Below the pieces are notes generated by a model. The model was not told the origin of the DNA, did no database searches, and saw only the letters and a program-made list of their open reading frames with translations. 64,000 nt of DNA, taken from [Chlorobium] sp. 445 (GTDB lineage Bacteria > Bacteroidota > Chlorobiia > Chlorobiales > Thermochlorobacteraceae). The stretch is taken from positions 19,390-83,389 of the forward strand of contig NSLH01000005.1 of assembly GCA_002763895.1 (NCBI GenBank), read 5' to 3'. Each line of letters opens with the position of its first letter. Positions within the stretch are counted from its first letter, which is position 1. The position numbers and the translations under genes were made by a program. This document shows positions 19,473 to 28,227 of this stretch, in pieces.

Positions 19473-20615
19473 TTACAAATTTCCACGTGCAGCTTGGTCG
19501 CGTTCAATTGCCTCGAACAGCGCTTTGAAATTGCCTTTGCCAAAACTCTTTGAGCCTCGACGCTGGATAATTTCATAGAACAGCGTTGGGCGATCTTGCA
19601 CAGGCTTTGTAAAGATTTGAAGCATGTAGCCATGTTCATCTTTATCGACCAAAATATGCTGCGTTTTCAGTTCAGCAATTGGTTCGCGCACTTCTGGTAC
19701 GCGCTCCAGCAGCACATCGTAGTAGGTATCTGGCACGGTGATAAACTCCACGCCGTTTGCACGCAGTGTTTTGACTGTCTGTAAAATGTCATCCGTCAGC
19801 AGCGCGATATGTTGCACGCCCGGTCCGCGATAAAACTGGATATACTCCTCAATTTGCGATTTCTTCTTTCCTTGTGCTGGTTCATTGATGGGCATTTTGA
19901 TACGCTCGCTGGCATTAGTCATCACCTTTGAGCGCAGCGCTGAAAACTCGGTAGAGATATCTTTGTCATCAAAGCTCTGGAATTGGCGGAAATCAAACAT
20001 ACGTTCATAAAACTTGACCCATGTCTCCATCTGATTCCAGTCCACATTGCCGACGATATGGTCAATTGCTCTCAAGCCCGCTGATTGCGGCGGCTCGACG
20101 GTGCGCGCCACAAAGCCGGGTAGAAAGGCTTTGTATGATTTGCGCTCAATGAAACTGTGAATAGTATCGCCGAAGGTTGCAACGGCGGCACGAATCAGTG
20201 TACCATGTTCATCGGAGAGTGTTGTAGGTGCTTGCACACTGCGTGCACCGCGTGCTACAACGGTCTCATAGACGGCGGCAGCATCATCTACCTCAAAGGC
20301 GATATCTCGGACGCCATCACCATGCTGCTTGATATGCTCTGCAATTTCAGAGTCGGGTGAGAGTGGTGAGGTTAGCACAAAGCGAACCTTGCCTTGCTCC
20401 ACAAGATACGAGGCTTTTTCGCGCACGCCTGTTTCAGGACCAGAGTAGGCTGTGATTTTAAATCCAAACACAGTGCGGTAGAACTGTGCAGCTTGTTTGG
20501 CATTGCCGACATAGAACTCAACATGATCAAAATCGTTGAGCCGCAGGGCGGTGGATGTAGAAAGTGTATCGATTTGCTCGAGAACTTGCATGGTGCACGC
20601 AGAATTAGGTTGCAA
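19473..20615 (-). CDS. hppD: 4-hydroxyphenylpyruvate dioxygenase
   Basis: FDHVEFYVGNAKQAAQFY, two VOC domains and the C-terminal FFEIIQRRG..GFGKGNFKALFEAIE signature. The start may be the ATG at 20591. Confidence 0.88.
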   Translation of the reverse strand: MQPNSACTMQVLEQIDTLSTSTALRLNDFDHVEFYVGNAKQAAQFYRTVFGFKITAYSGPETGVREKASYLVEQGKVRFVLTSPLSPDSEIAEHIKQHGDGVRDIAFEVDDAAAVYETVVARGARSVQAPTTLSDEHGTLIRAAVATFGDTIHSFIERKSYKAFLPGFVARTVEPPQSAGLRAIDHIVGNVDWNQMETWVKFYERMFDFRQFQSFDDKDISTEFSALRSKVMTNASERIKMPINEPAQGKKKSQIEEYIQFYRGPGVQHIALLTDDILQTVKTLRANGVEFITVPDTYYDVLLERVPEVREPIAELKTQHILVDKDEHGYMLQIFTKPVQDRPTLFYEIIQRRGSKSFGKGNFKALFEAIERDQAARGNL

Positions 20616-20656
20616 GATGACGACAGCAAGCGAAATTTAGAAAATTTCAGTCAATC

Positions 20657-21871
20657 CTAATTGTACGAATGAGACTTGTTTTTGGATGCCTCCTTTTGCT
20701 GTGTATGCCGAGGTAATTTAATTCGGAAGGTCGTGCCTTTGCCCACGGTGCTTTCTTTGAGCAAGAGTTTGCCGCCATGGTAATCTTCTACGATGCGTCG
20801 CGCCAGTGTGAGCCCAAGTCCCCATCCGCGCGGCTTTGTGCTAAAGCCAGGTCGAAAAACCTCTGCGCGGTGCTGTGGCTCGATGCCTTTGCCTGTATCA
20901 CTTAGGTCAATAATCACATAGCGTGGGTCGACTGTGATGTTTGCACGAATTTCGCCCGTCTTTCGTTCAATGGCATCGATGCCATTTTTAGTAAGGTTTT
21001 CGAACACCCATTCCATCAATTCACGGTTTATTTGCACGCGGGCGCCAGTCGTGTCATTGACTTCCAGCAAGATATTTTTGCCCATCTGCGGCAACCGCAT
21101 GCGGTAGTAGTCGAAGACGCCTTCAATTACTTCAGCCACACATTCTAGCGATACTGCCACTTTTGAGCCAATCTTCGAAAAGCGCGAAGCCACACGGTTC
21201 AAGCGATTGATATCGGTTTGCATCTCAAAAATAATTTGAGCTTGTCGTTCAGGATTATCGCTTGCGCTTTTGAGCAGCTCAATCCAGCCCATGAGTGAGG
21301 AAATCGGTGTACCGAGCTGATGCGCTGTTTCCTTTGCCATACCGACCCAGATGTTGGAGGTCTCTGTGCGTCGAATGTAACTGAATGTCAGGTAGGCAAT
21401 CAAGATGAAGACTCCAACCCCTGCGCCTAAGAGCACGGGTGCGATTTGCAAGGCTTTGACCAAGTCGGAGTCGCCGTAGTGAATATATTGGACGGTTGAG
21501 GGGTCGAGGCGCACTTCAACGGGTTTATAGACGGCGTCCATTTCCTCAATGTGCGCTTTCAAGTAGGCGATTTGTGCCTCGCGCGAGAGTGTGGAATCGA
21601 TTTTAATGTTGCGCCAAGTCAGCGGGGTCTTAGCACTGTCAGAAAGAATCGCTGGGAAATCAATTACGCTAATAATCTCTGTGAAGAGAAAAGAAATTTC
21701 GCTGGTGTTCTCTGTATCGACCAGCATTTTAATTGCCTTTACCCAGAGCTCAACCTTTTGACGTTGCTGTTCGCGGACTTTGCCAATGAGTTGCTGCGTG
21801 AATACAAAGACGGTCAGTGCCCCAATCACAGCTAGCAGAATCAATCCGCCTTTGAGCGTCGTAGTATTCAT
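20657..21871 (-). CDS. Membrane sensor histidine kinase
   Basis: Two TM segments flank a ~130-aa extracytoplasmic region. H-box ETAHQLGTPISSLMGW, N/G boxes (NGIDAI, DTGKGI, GWGLGL). No adjacent response regulator. Confidence 0.85.
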   Translation of the reverse strand: MNTTTLKGGLILLAVIGALTVFVFTQQLIGKVREQQRQKVELWVKAIKMLVDTENTSEISFLFTEIISVIDFPAILSDSAKTPLTWRNIKIDSTLSREAQIAYLKAHIEEMDAVYKPVEVRLDPSTVQYIHYGDSDLVKALQIAPVLLGAGVGVFILIAYLTFSYIRRTETSNIWVGMAKETAHQLGTPISSLMGWIELLKSASDNPERQAQIIFEMQTDINRLNRVASRFSKIGSKVAVSLECVAEVIEGVFDYYRMRLPQMGKNILLEVNDTTGARVQINRELMEWVFENLTKNGIDAIERKTGEIRANITVDPRYVIIDLSDTGKGIEPQHRAEVFRPGFSTKPRGWGLGLTLARRIVEDYHGGKLLLKESTVGKGTTFRIKLPRHTQQKEASKNKSHSYN

Positions 21872-21890
21872 AATCGGTTGTTCTGCTTGA

Positions 21891-22697
21891 TTATGCCTTG
21901 CCGTTTTTCACTTTGCTAACGAAGGTTGTGAGCGTATCGTATCCTGAAATTCCAATGCGACAAATTTCATACATATCGCTGAGCGGCAGGCGATTTGCCG
22001 TACCTTTGATGCGTGCGGCACAAAGAAATCCATGTTGGTGCAGCAGTGTTTTAACATACTGGCGCAGTGCGGGATTTTTTGGCACACCGCCGTAGGGATA
22101 GGCAAAGACTGGTGAGTAGGGGAACCCACTTTCTGTAACGGCGGCGTGAGCGCACGCAATGTCTGTTGCAATTTCCTCTGCGGTGAGCAGACGATAGTCT
22201 TTATGGGCATGCGAGTGCACCCCAAACTCCACCACGTCGGTCATCTGACGCATGGTATCATAGGACATGAGCGGCTCTGTGCCGTTATCCCACACATTAG
22301 TTTTGCCCACATAAGCTACGGGTACAAAAATAGTTGCCTTAAAGCCAAACTGTTTGAGCAGTGGATAGGCGAACACAAAGTTGTTGTGGTAACTGTCATC
22401 AAAACTAATGATAATAGGCTTTTGAGGTAAGTTTGCTCGGCGAGCATGATACTGCACAAGTTCTGTAAATGAAATGGTTACATAGCCATTCTCTGCAAGC
22501 CAACGCAGTTGCGCAGCAAAATCGCTCTGTCTTAGCGTCAGTTCATCGTGTGTTGTGTCAGAAATTTTGTGATACATTAGCACAGTGAGGGTTGCCTTGC
22601 TTTGACTGTGCACGCGCTTAATCCATGATGAGCTTAAGCTAAATGCTGCAAGGCTTGCAGCGACAAGCGTAAGTGCAAGCGTGGTGACTGCATCCAT
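21891..22697 (-). CDS. Polysaccharide deacetylase (NodB homology domain), N-terminally anchored
   Basis: N-terminal TM segment, then ISFDDSYHNNF (Asp-Asp metal/catalytic motif) and later His residues typical of the CE4 family. Confidence 0.8.
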   Translation of the reverse strand: MDAVTTLALTLVAASLAAFSLSSSWIKRVHSQSKATLTVLMYHKISDTTHDELTLRQSDFAAQLRWLAENGYVTISFTELVQYHARRANLPQKPIIISFDDSYHNNFVFAYPLLKQFGFKATIFVPVAYVGKTNVWDNGTEPLMSYDTMRQMTDVVEFGVHSHAHKDYRLLTAEEIATDIACAHAAVTESGFPYSPVFAYPYGGVPKNPALRQYVKTLLHQHGFLCAARIKGTANRLPLSDMYEICRIGISGYDTLTTFVSKVKNGKA

Positions 22698-24448
22698 CAG
22701 TCGAGCGCTGAGAGTTCTTCTTCCAAGAGTTGTTTGCGATACAGCGAGGTGTAGAGTCCATCTTTTGCTAGCAGTTCATCATGCGTACCGTGCTCCACGA
22801 TTTCGCCCTCATCCAGCACGATAATTTGGTCAGCCTGTTTGACTGTAGAGATACGGTGGCTAATGAGAATCACCGTCATTGCTGCTGTTGCATTTTGCAG
22901 ATGGCGAAGAATCGTGTCTTCAGTTTGAGTATCTACTGCAGAGAGCGCGTCATCTAAAATCAAAATTTTAGGCTTGCATAGGAGCGCGCGTGCAATTGCC
23001 GTGCGTTGCTTTTGTCCACCCGAGAGTGTAATGCCACGCTCGCCGATGAATGTATCGTAGCCATCAGGAAAGCGCGAGATATCATCATCAATTGCCGCAG
23101 CCACAGCTGCAGATTTTACATTGTCAAAGCTGGCTTCAGGTGTGCCAAAAGCAATGTTGTTACGAATTGTGTCGGAGAAAAGAAAATAATCCTGTGGGAC
23201 GAAGCCTATGGCACTCCGCAAGACTTTCAGTGGAAAGGCGTGAATCGGCTTACCATCAATTAGAATCTCGCCTTCGGTGGGCTCAATAAGGCGTGGCAAG
23301 AGATTGACCAGCGTGGATTTGCCCGACCCTGTTGCGCCGACAATTGCAAAGCGACTGCCCTTCGGAATTTTGAAGGAAAGATTTTTCAAAACCATGTGCT
23401 TGGGCTGTGCGGGATACGCAAACGAGACGTTACGAAATTCAATTTCACCTTCGATGCTTGTCAGCGCATAATCGGTTGTCGCTGCATCGGTGATGTCGGG
23501 CGGGGTGAGCATCACTTCATCGAGGCGCAACTGTGCGGCGGCGGCGCGTTGCAAAATGTTCGTTACCCAGCCAATCGAGATAAGTGGCCAAGCCAGCGAG
23601 ACGATATACATCAGAAACTGTGTTAATTGTCCGAGCGTTATTGCGCCATCGATGATGAACTTGCCGCCAATCCAGAGAATCAACATCACGGAGAGTCCAA
23701 GCAGCGCAGACATGCCTGGATAAAACAGCGCTTGCAAGCGTGCTAACTTCAAATTTTGCTCGTAATACTCGTGGTTGAGTTTTGCAAAGGCGGCAATATC
23801 GCTCTCTTCGCGCACATACGCCTTCACGACACGAATGCCCGCAAGATTTTCTTGCACTTTCGTTGACAGCTCGCCATACTTAGCTTGTAAGTCTTGACTA
23901 TGCTCATGAATGGCTTTGCCGATTTTGTAGACAAGATAACTCAAAAGTGGCGCAGGCAAGAGAGCAATGACGGTGAGCATTGGCGAGACGGTGAGCATAG
24001 CCGAGAGCGCAAAGATGAGCCGAAACACTGTGTTTAGCGAGTACATAATGCCCGGTCCGAGATAATTGCGCACAGCGTTAAGGTCGTTGGTGGCACGAGA
24101 CATCAAGTCACCGGTGTTGCTCTGCCGAAAAAATCGTTGCGAGAGTTTCTGCAGGTGTGCGTAAAAATCATTTTTGAGGTCATACTCGATCTTACGTGAG
24201 GCAACGATAATAAACTGCCGCACAAGAAACATAAATAAGCCTGCCAAAAATGAGCATAGCAGCGCAAGCAAGACATACTGCACGACCTCTTGCGTAGTAA
24301 ACTCGCCACTCATGGTGTCAATTGCGCGTCCAACAAATTTTGGTGCAGTCATCATGAAGAGATTGGTGAGGAGCACGCACCCTACGCCTAGCACAAGTTC
24401 TTTGCGATAGCGCCAAAGATAGGGATTTAAGCGAAGCAGACTTTTCAT
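22697..24448 (-). CDS. ABC exporter, fused permease/ATPase (MsbA/multidrug type)
   Basis: Six-helix TMD, then Walker A GATGSGKST, signature LSGGQKQR and Walker B ILILDDA. A 1-nt overlap links it to the deacetylase gene. Confidence 0.9.
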   Translation of the reverse strand: MKSLLRLNPYLWRYRKELVLGVGCVLLTNLFMMTAPKFVGRAIDTMSGEFTTQEVVQYVLLALLCSFLAGLFMFLVRQFIIVASRKIEYDLKNDFYAHLQKLSQRFFRQSNTGDLMSRATNDLNAVRNYLGPGIMYSLNTVFRLIFALSAMLTVSPMLTVIALLPAPLLSYLVYKIGKAIHEHSQDLQAKYGELSTKVQENLAGIRVVKAYVREESDIAAFAKLNHEYYEQNLKLARLQALFYPGMSALLGLSVMLILWIGGKFIIDGAITLGQLTQFLMYIVSLAWPLISIGWVTNILQRAAAAQLRLDEVMLTPPDITDAATTDYALTSIEGEIEFRNVSFAYPAQPKHMVLKNLSFKIPKGSRFAIVGATGSGKSTLVNLLPRLIEPTEGEILIDGKPIHAFPLKVLRSAIGFVPQDYFLFSDTIRNNIAFGTPEASFDNVKSAAVAAAIDDDISRFPDGYDTFIGERGITLSGGQKQRTAIARALLCKPKILILDDALSAVDTQTEDTILRHLQNATAAMTVILISHRISTVKQADQIIVLDEGEIVEHGTHDELLAKDGLYTSLYRKQLLEEELSALD

Positions 24449-24454
24449 ATCACG

Positions 24455-25792
24455 CTACGATGAGGCTGTTGGAGATGCAGCAGAGTTTTTTTGTCCTGAC
24501 GCTGGACGCAAGCCCTGTACAAGTTTTTCATATTCACTTTTGCCTATTATTCGCTCAATTTCAGCTAGATGTCTTTTGACAATCTCACGGTAGGGGTTGT
24601 CGAATCGTTCAAAGATATTTTTTGCTGCAAAGTAATATTTGGTGGCTTCTTTGTATAGTGCGCGTTCAGCATAGACTTCTCCAGCATGGAGCAGCGCCAA
24701 GCCCATTCCTCGAGAATTATTCTTCTGTCGAAAAAGTTCAAAGGCTTCACGGTAATGCTCTACGGCTTTAATGTGCAAGCCAATTTCTTCATACACCAAG
24801 CCCAGATTGAGCAGCGTACCTGCAGACGCATCAGAATTTTTCAGTTCACGATTATGTGCAATGCTGCGCGAGTAGTAGTCAATTGCTTTTTCGAACTCTC
24901 CCAAGTCTTGATAGAGTAGCCCGATTTGATGCAGCAGCTCGGCTGTTGCCGCAATGTCATCTGCTTTGATACGCAAGGCAAGGCTATCACGGTAGTGCTG
25001 CAAGGCTTTTTCATAATACCCCCACAGATGCAGAATTGTGCCTAAGCGATGCAGCACCAAGGCACGGTTAGCTAAATCTTCTGGTGCGCTCAGCAGCAAA
25101 AGCAAATCATTGTAGACTTCAAAGGACTTTTCATACTGTCGATCATCAAAATAAGCCTGTGCTAAGAGCAACATCGTTGGAATTTGGTCCTGTGGTGTAG
25201 CTCTGTAGCGTTGGCGGATTTCAGCAAGTTGATTCTCGAGCAATTGCAAGCGTTTTGCGCGTGCTTCGGGCGGCTCTGCAACTAAAGGTATAAAACCATA
25301 GTCTAACTCTTTCGGCAACTCAGATTCTAACTTCAAATCAATGATATGCGTACTGACTGCGCGCCAAAAATTCGGCGCTTTGCGGTATGCCAGATCCAAG
25401 AGAAACGCAGGCAAGCAGAACACGGTCGTGTAGGTTAAGCCTATGCGGGTTGTGCGCGCAAATGCCTCTAAAATCTGACAGATTTGTTCCTCGCTTGGTG
25501 CATCCTTAGCAGAGGACACATATCCATTGATGATGATACAGTCGATGTGGCGTGGCGGTTTTGCAAGCTCTCTATCAATTTGTTGAAAGATTGTGGGTTG
25601 TATGGCTAAGCTTACTTCCCGCGCGACCAGTTTAGCCTGTTCTGCCGCTTGAAGGAACTGCCCAACGATTTTGACGCGCTGCACTGGTGAATTTACTTTC
25701 ACAGCCCATATCTTACTCTCATTTGGGCGTGCTGGCGACTTTGCATCCGCAAAAATTCGATTAAGATGTTCTTTCGTTAAGAGTTGTCTCAC
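24455..25792 (-). CDS. TPR-repeat protein with an uncharacterised ~190-aa N-terminal domain
   Basis: The C-terminal two thirds are TPR-like (YEKSFEVYNDLL, YEKALQHYRDSL, FEKAIDYYSRSI, HIKAVEHYREAF, YKEATKYYFAAK). GTG start at 25792. Confidence 0.7.
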   Translation of the reverse strand: MRQLLTKEHLNRIFADAKSPARPNESKIWAVKVNSPVQRVKIVGQFLQAAEQAKLVAREVSLAIQPTIFQQIDRELAKPPRHIDCIIINGYVSSAKDAPSEEQICQILEAFARTTRIGLTYTTVFCLPAFLLDLAYRKAPNFWRAVSTHIIDLKLESELPKELDYGFIPLVAEPPEARAKRLQLLENQLAEIRQRYRATPQDQIPTMLLLAQAYFDDRQYEKSFEVYNDLLLLLSAPEDLANRALVLHRLGTILHLWGYYEKALQHYRDSLALRIKADDIAATAELLHQIGLLYQDLGEFEKAIDYYSRSIAHNRELKNSDASAGTLLNLGLVYEEIGLHIKAVEHYREAFELFRQKNNSRGMGLALLHAGEVYAERALYKEATKYYFAAKNIFERFDNPYREIVKRHLAEIERIIGKSEYEKLVQGLRPASGQKNSAASPTASS

Positions 25793-25850
25793 GCCTTATC
25801 ACTTATTTTTCTGACTTGAATTTATGCTCCAATGTGCTTTTCCACCAGCC

Positions 25851-25880
25851 GAAAAAAAATGCACGCAAAACACGTGCATT
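25851..25880 (-). terminator. Rho-independent terminator-like hairpin 59 nt upstream of the TPR gene start
   Basis: The minus-strand RNA reads AAUGCACG-UGUUUUG-CGUGCAUU followed directly by UUUUUU (A8 at 25852-25859 on the plus strand). Confidence 0.6.
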
Positions 25881-26063
25881 GAGAAGATACCTTTTTTTGA
25901 TAAAAACCTTGCATCCTTTCTCCAGTAGCTTGCGCTACATCTCGCATCCACGCATCAGTCTCACCTGCATCTCACACCGACTATTTCGTGCATGCTCACC
26001 ATCATAACAATGTGCGTGGTCGTACGAAATAACAAAACACACGGGTTGTATCCAACTTGCCTT

Positions 26064-26101
26064 TTCCAAAAAGAGAATGCACACGAAGCCTGTGTGCATT
26101 C
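26064..26101 (-). terminator. Rho-independent terminator of the cytochrome gene
   Basis: A 10-bp perfect stem GAAUGCACAC/GUGUGCAUUC (26075-26101) with a 7-nt loop and tail UCUUUUUGG, 24 nt after the stop at 26126. Confidence 0.7.
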
Positions 26102-26125
26102 GAAAGGGACTTCGCTTATCTATGC

Positions 26126-27949
26126 TTATGCGCGACCACGGTCACGATTCTCGTTATTGAGCTTCGAGACCACGAGACCTAGACCCACAATCAGTAGCCC
26201 TGCCAAAACCAGTGTTACACGCAGAACCGTCTCGCGCGTGGCGACCAGTTGCTCCGTCTTATGCACCAGTGCTTTGACCGAATCCTTTACGACGAAGCCT
26301 TCCGCCATTTTTTCTTCAAATAGTCCTGCGCGCACCACATGGTGATTGCCCCCTGATGCATCGGCTTGACGCTTAAGCTCTTCAAGGTAAGTCAGTTCTT
26401 CGCTTACGGGAACAGCTTCTTTTTCTCGTGCTTCAAAGAATTCGAGTGCTTCTTTGTAGGTGTGTTCAAAATCGGTCAGATAGGCATGCAGTTTGGCAGC
26501 ACTTCCCATGGCGCGCAGGTTCGCTTGATACTTGCGGTAGCTATTTGCGTAATCGGCAACTTCAATCGCTAAAGCCAGTGAATCATCAGCCGTTTTTAGC
26601 TCACTTAACTTGGCTTCATCTTTGACAAACTTCAGCAGCGTAGGCACAAGTTTGCGCGCATTGATTGAATCTTGTTTGCTATCGAGCGCAATACTGAAGC
26701 GGTCGATTTCGAAAAACTTCCACGCAATTTTGAGCGAATCTTCAAGTGATTTGAGCGGCGCAGCATAGTATTTTGCACGCGTGTAAAGTCCACGCGAATT
26801 CGCATAGCGCACGGAATCTACAGCAGATTTGAGCTCGCCTGCTATGAGACGTGTGGCATTAAACTCTGCCATCAATTCATCGAGTGCAACCTTGTAGCTC
26901 GGTGCTTCGGGCAGATTGGCGTTGTGGCAATTCAGGCACTGCGCCCCTTCTTGAATACCGACTTTTTCATGCCCCCAGTTTGCAATGCGATGCCCATTCG
27001 GTGAGCCATGACAACTGATACATCCATTATTGCCCGCCGCCAAATATGCCGCCGCATGCGGTCCTTCAGAATAAGCAGAGGCAATAGAAGCATGGCAAGA
27101 ATTACACGCATGTGTTACATCAGCAACTTCTTCAGGGTGATTGCCGTGCTTGCCGTGACAGTCATTGCATGTCGGTGAGGTCAGGTCATTTTTGACATAC
27201 ATGGCTTTGGCATGCACGCTCTCCATGTAGGCTTCAATGTGGTTTTCAAAACTCTTACCTTTCTTTTCAAGTGAGGCTGCCATGTATGTTTCGCTGGCAT
27301 GGCATGTGCCGCACATATTGGCGATATTCTTCGGATAGGTCAGCGATAGCACATCATCGGATTTCATTGCACCGTGCGCTCCATGGCAGCTGACGCAACT
27401 TGCTGAGGCCGCATTTCCTTCCTTGAGCGCTGCCACACCATGCGAGCTTGCCGCATAAACGGCATTGATGTTTAGGTCAAGTTTGTCGACAGGCTTGGAG
27501 AGTTTGTAGGTTTGCATCTTCTCTGCACTTTCATGGCATGAGCCACACCACTGCATCTGTGTCTTAGCATCGCCACGTGCAATAAACGGCGTGATTACTT
27601 TGCCTTTGGCATCTTTGATATCTTGATGCGCCTCTTTGAAATTTGCCATCGTGATATCCCTGCTTGGATTTCCACCATGACAGCCGACGCAACTGATACC
27701 AGCGTTGTGGTGCGTATCGCGCTCCCAAATTGCTGCACTTATACCCGCTTTGCCCGAAAGTTGCGTGTGGCAAGAAACGCAACCGCTTTCATCTTTTGGT
27801 GGTGCTGTTTCTGCGACCGTTTTGCCTTGGGCGGCTGTGCTATTCTCATCAGTAAGGTTGACTGCATCTCGGAACAAAAATCCGTAGGACAGCGCTGCCA
27901 CGAAACTCACAGTGGCAAGTATCAATACCTTTGTGTGAAGATTGTTCAT
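26126..27949 (-). CDS. Nine-heme c-type cytochrome with N-terminal anchor/signal, long non-heme C-terminal region and C-terminal TM helix
   Basis: Nine CxxCH motifs (Cys at aa 57, 87, 135, 185, 213, 261, 282, 310, 338). Residues 350-570 contain no Cys or heme motif. Hydrophobic segment VLRVTLVLAGLLIVGLGLVV lies near the C-terminus. Confidence 0.85.
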   Translation of the reverse strand: MNNLHTKVLILATVSFVAALSYGFLFRDAVNLTDENSTAAQGKTVAETAPPKDESGCVSCHTQLSGKAGISAAIWERDTHHNAGISCVGCHGGNPSRDITMANFKEAHQDIKDAKGKVITPFIARGDAKTQMQWCGSCHESAEKMQTYKLSKPVDKLDLNINAVYAASSHGVAALKEGNAASASCVSCHGAHGAMKSDDVLSLTYPKNIANMCGTCHASETYMAASLEKKGKSFENHIEAYMESVHAKAMYVKNDLTSPTCNDCHGKHGNHPEEVADVTHACNSCHASIASAYSEGPHAAAYLAAGNNGCISCHGSPNGHRIANWGHEKVGIQEGAQCLNCHNANLPEAPSYKVALDELMAEFNATRLIAGELKSAVDSVRYANSRGLYTRAKYYAAPLKSLEDSLKIAWKFFEIDRFSIALDSKQDSINARKLVPTLLKFVKDEAKLSELKTADDSLALAIEVADYANSYRKYQANLRAMGSAAKLHAYLTDFEHTYKEALEFFEAREKEAVPVSEELTYLEELKRQADASGGNHHVVRAGLFEEKMAEGFVVKDSVKALVHKTEQLVATRETVLRVTLVLAGLLIVGLGLVVSKLNNENRDRGRA

Positions 27950-28176
27950 TGGTGTTGCCTTTTGCGGCGATGTGCTTGTTTTCGAGATTGCTCAAAGAGA
28001 AATAGAACCATGAAACCAGTGCTACTAACGCTTGTTAAAGCGGTATTCGTTTCAAGTTCCAGTTTAAGGTCTTGGAAAACATACTTTTGCTGCAAACCTA
28101 GAGAAACTCTCGGAAATCTCAAACCTCTTTCAGCATCTCTCAAAACCTGAAACATGCGCTTAGGACTGCAAATGAG

Positions 28177-28209
28177 GCGAAACAAAAAGGGGGCTTGTGC
28201 GCCCCCTTT
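28177..28209 (-). terminator. Rho-independent terminator of the S8 protease gene
   Basis: The minus-strand RNA AAAGGGGGC-GCACAA-GCCCCCUUU is followed by UUGUUU and starts 19 nt after the stop at 28228. Confidence 0.8.
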
Positions 28210-28227
28210 GCAACTTAAACAGCACTT

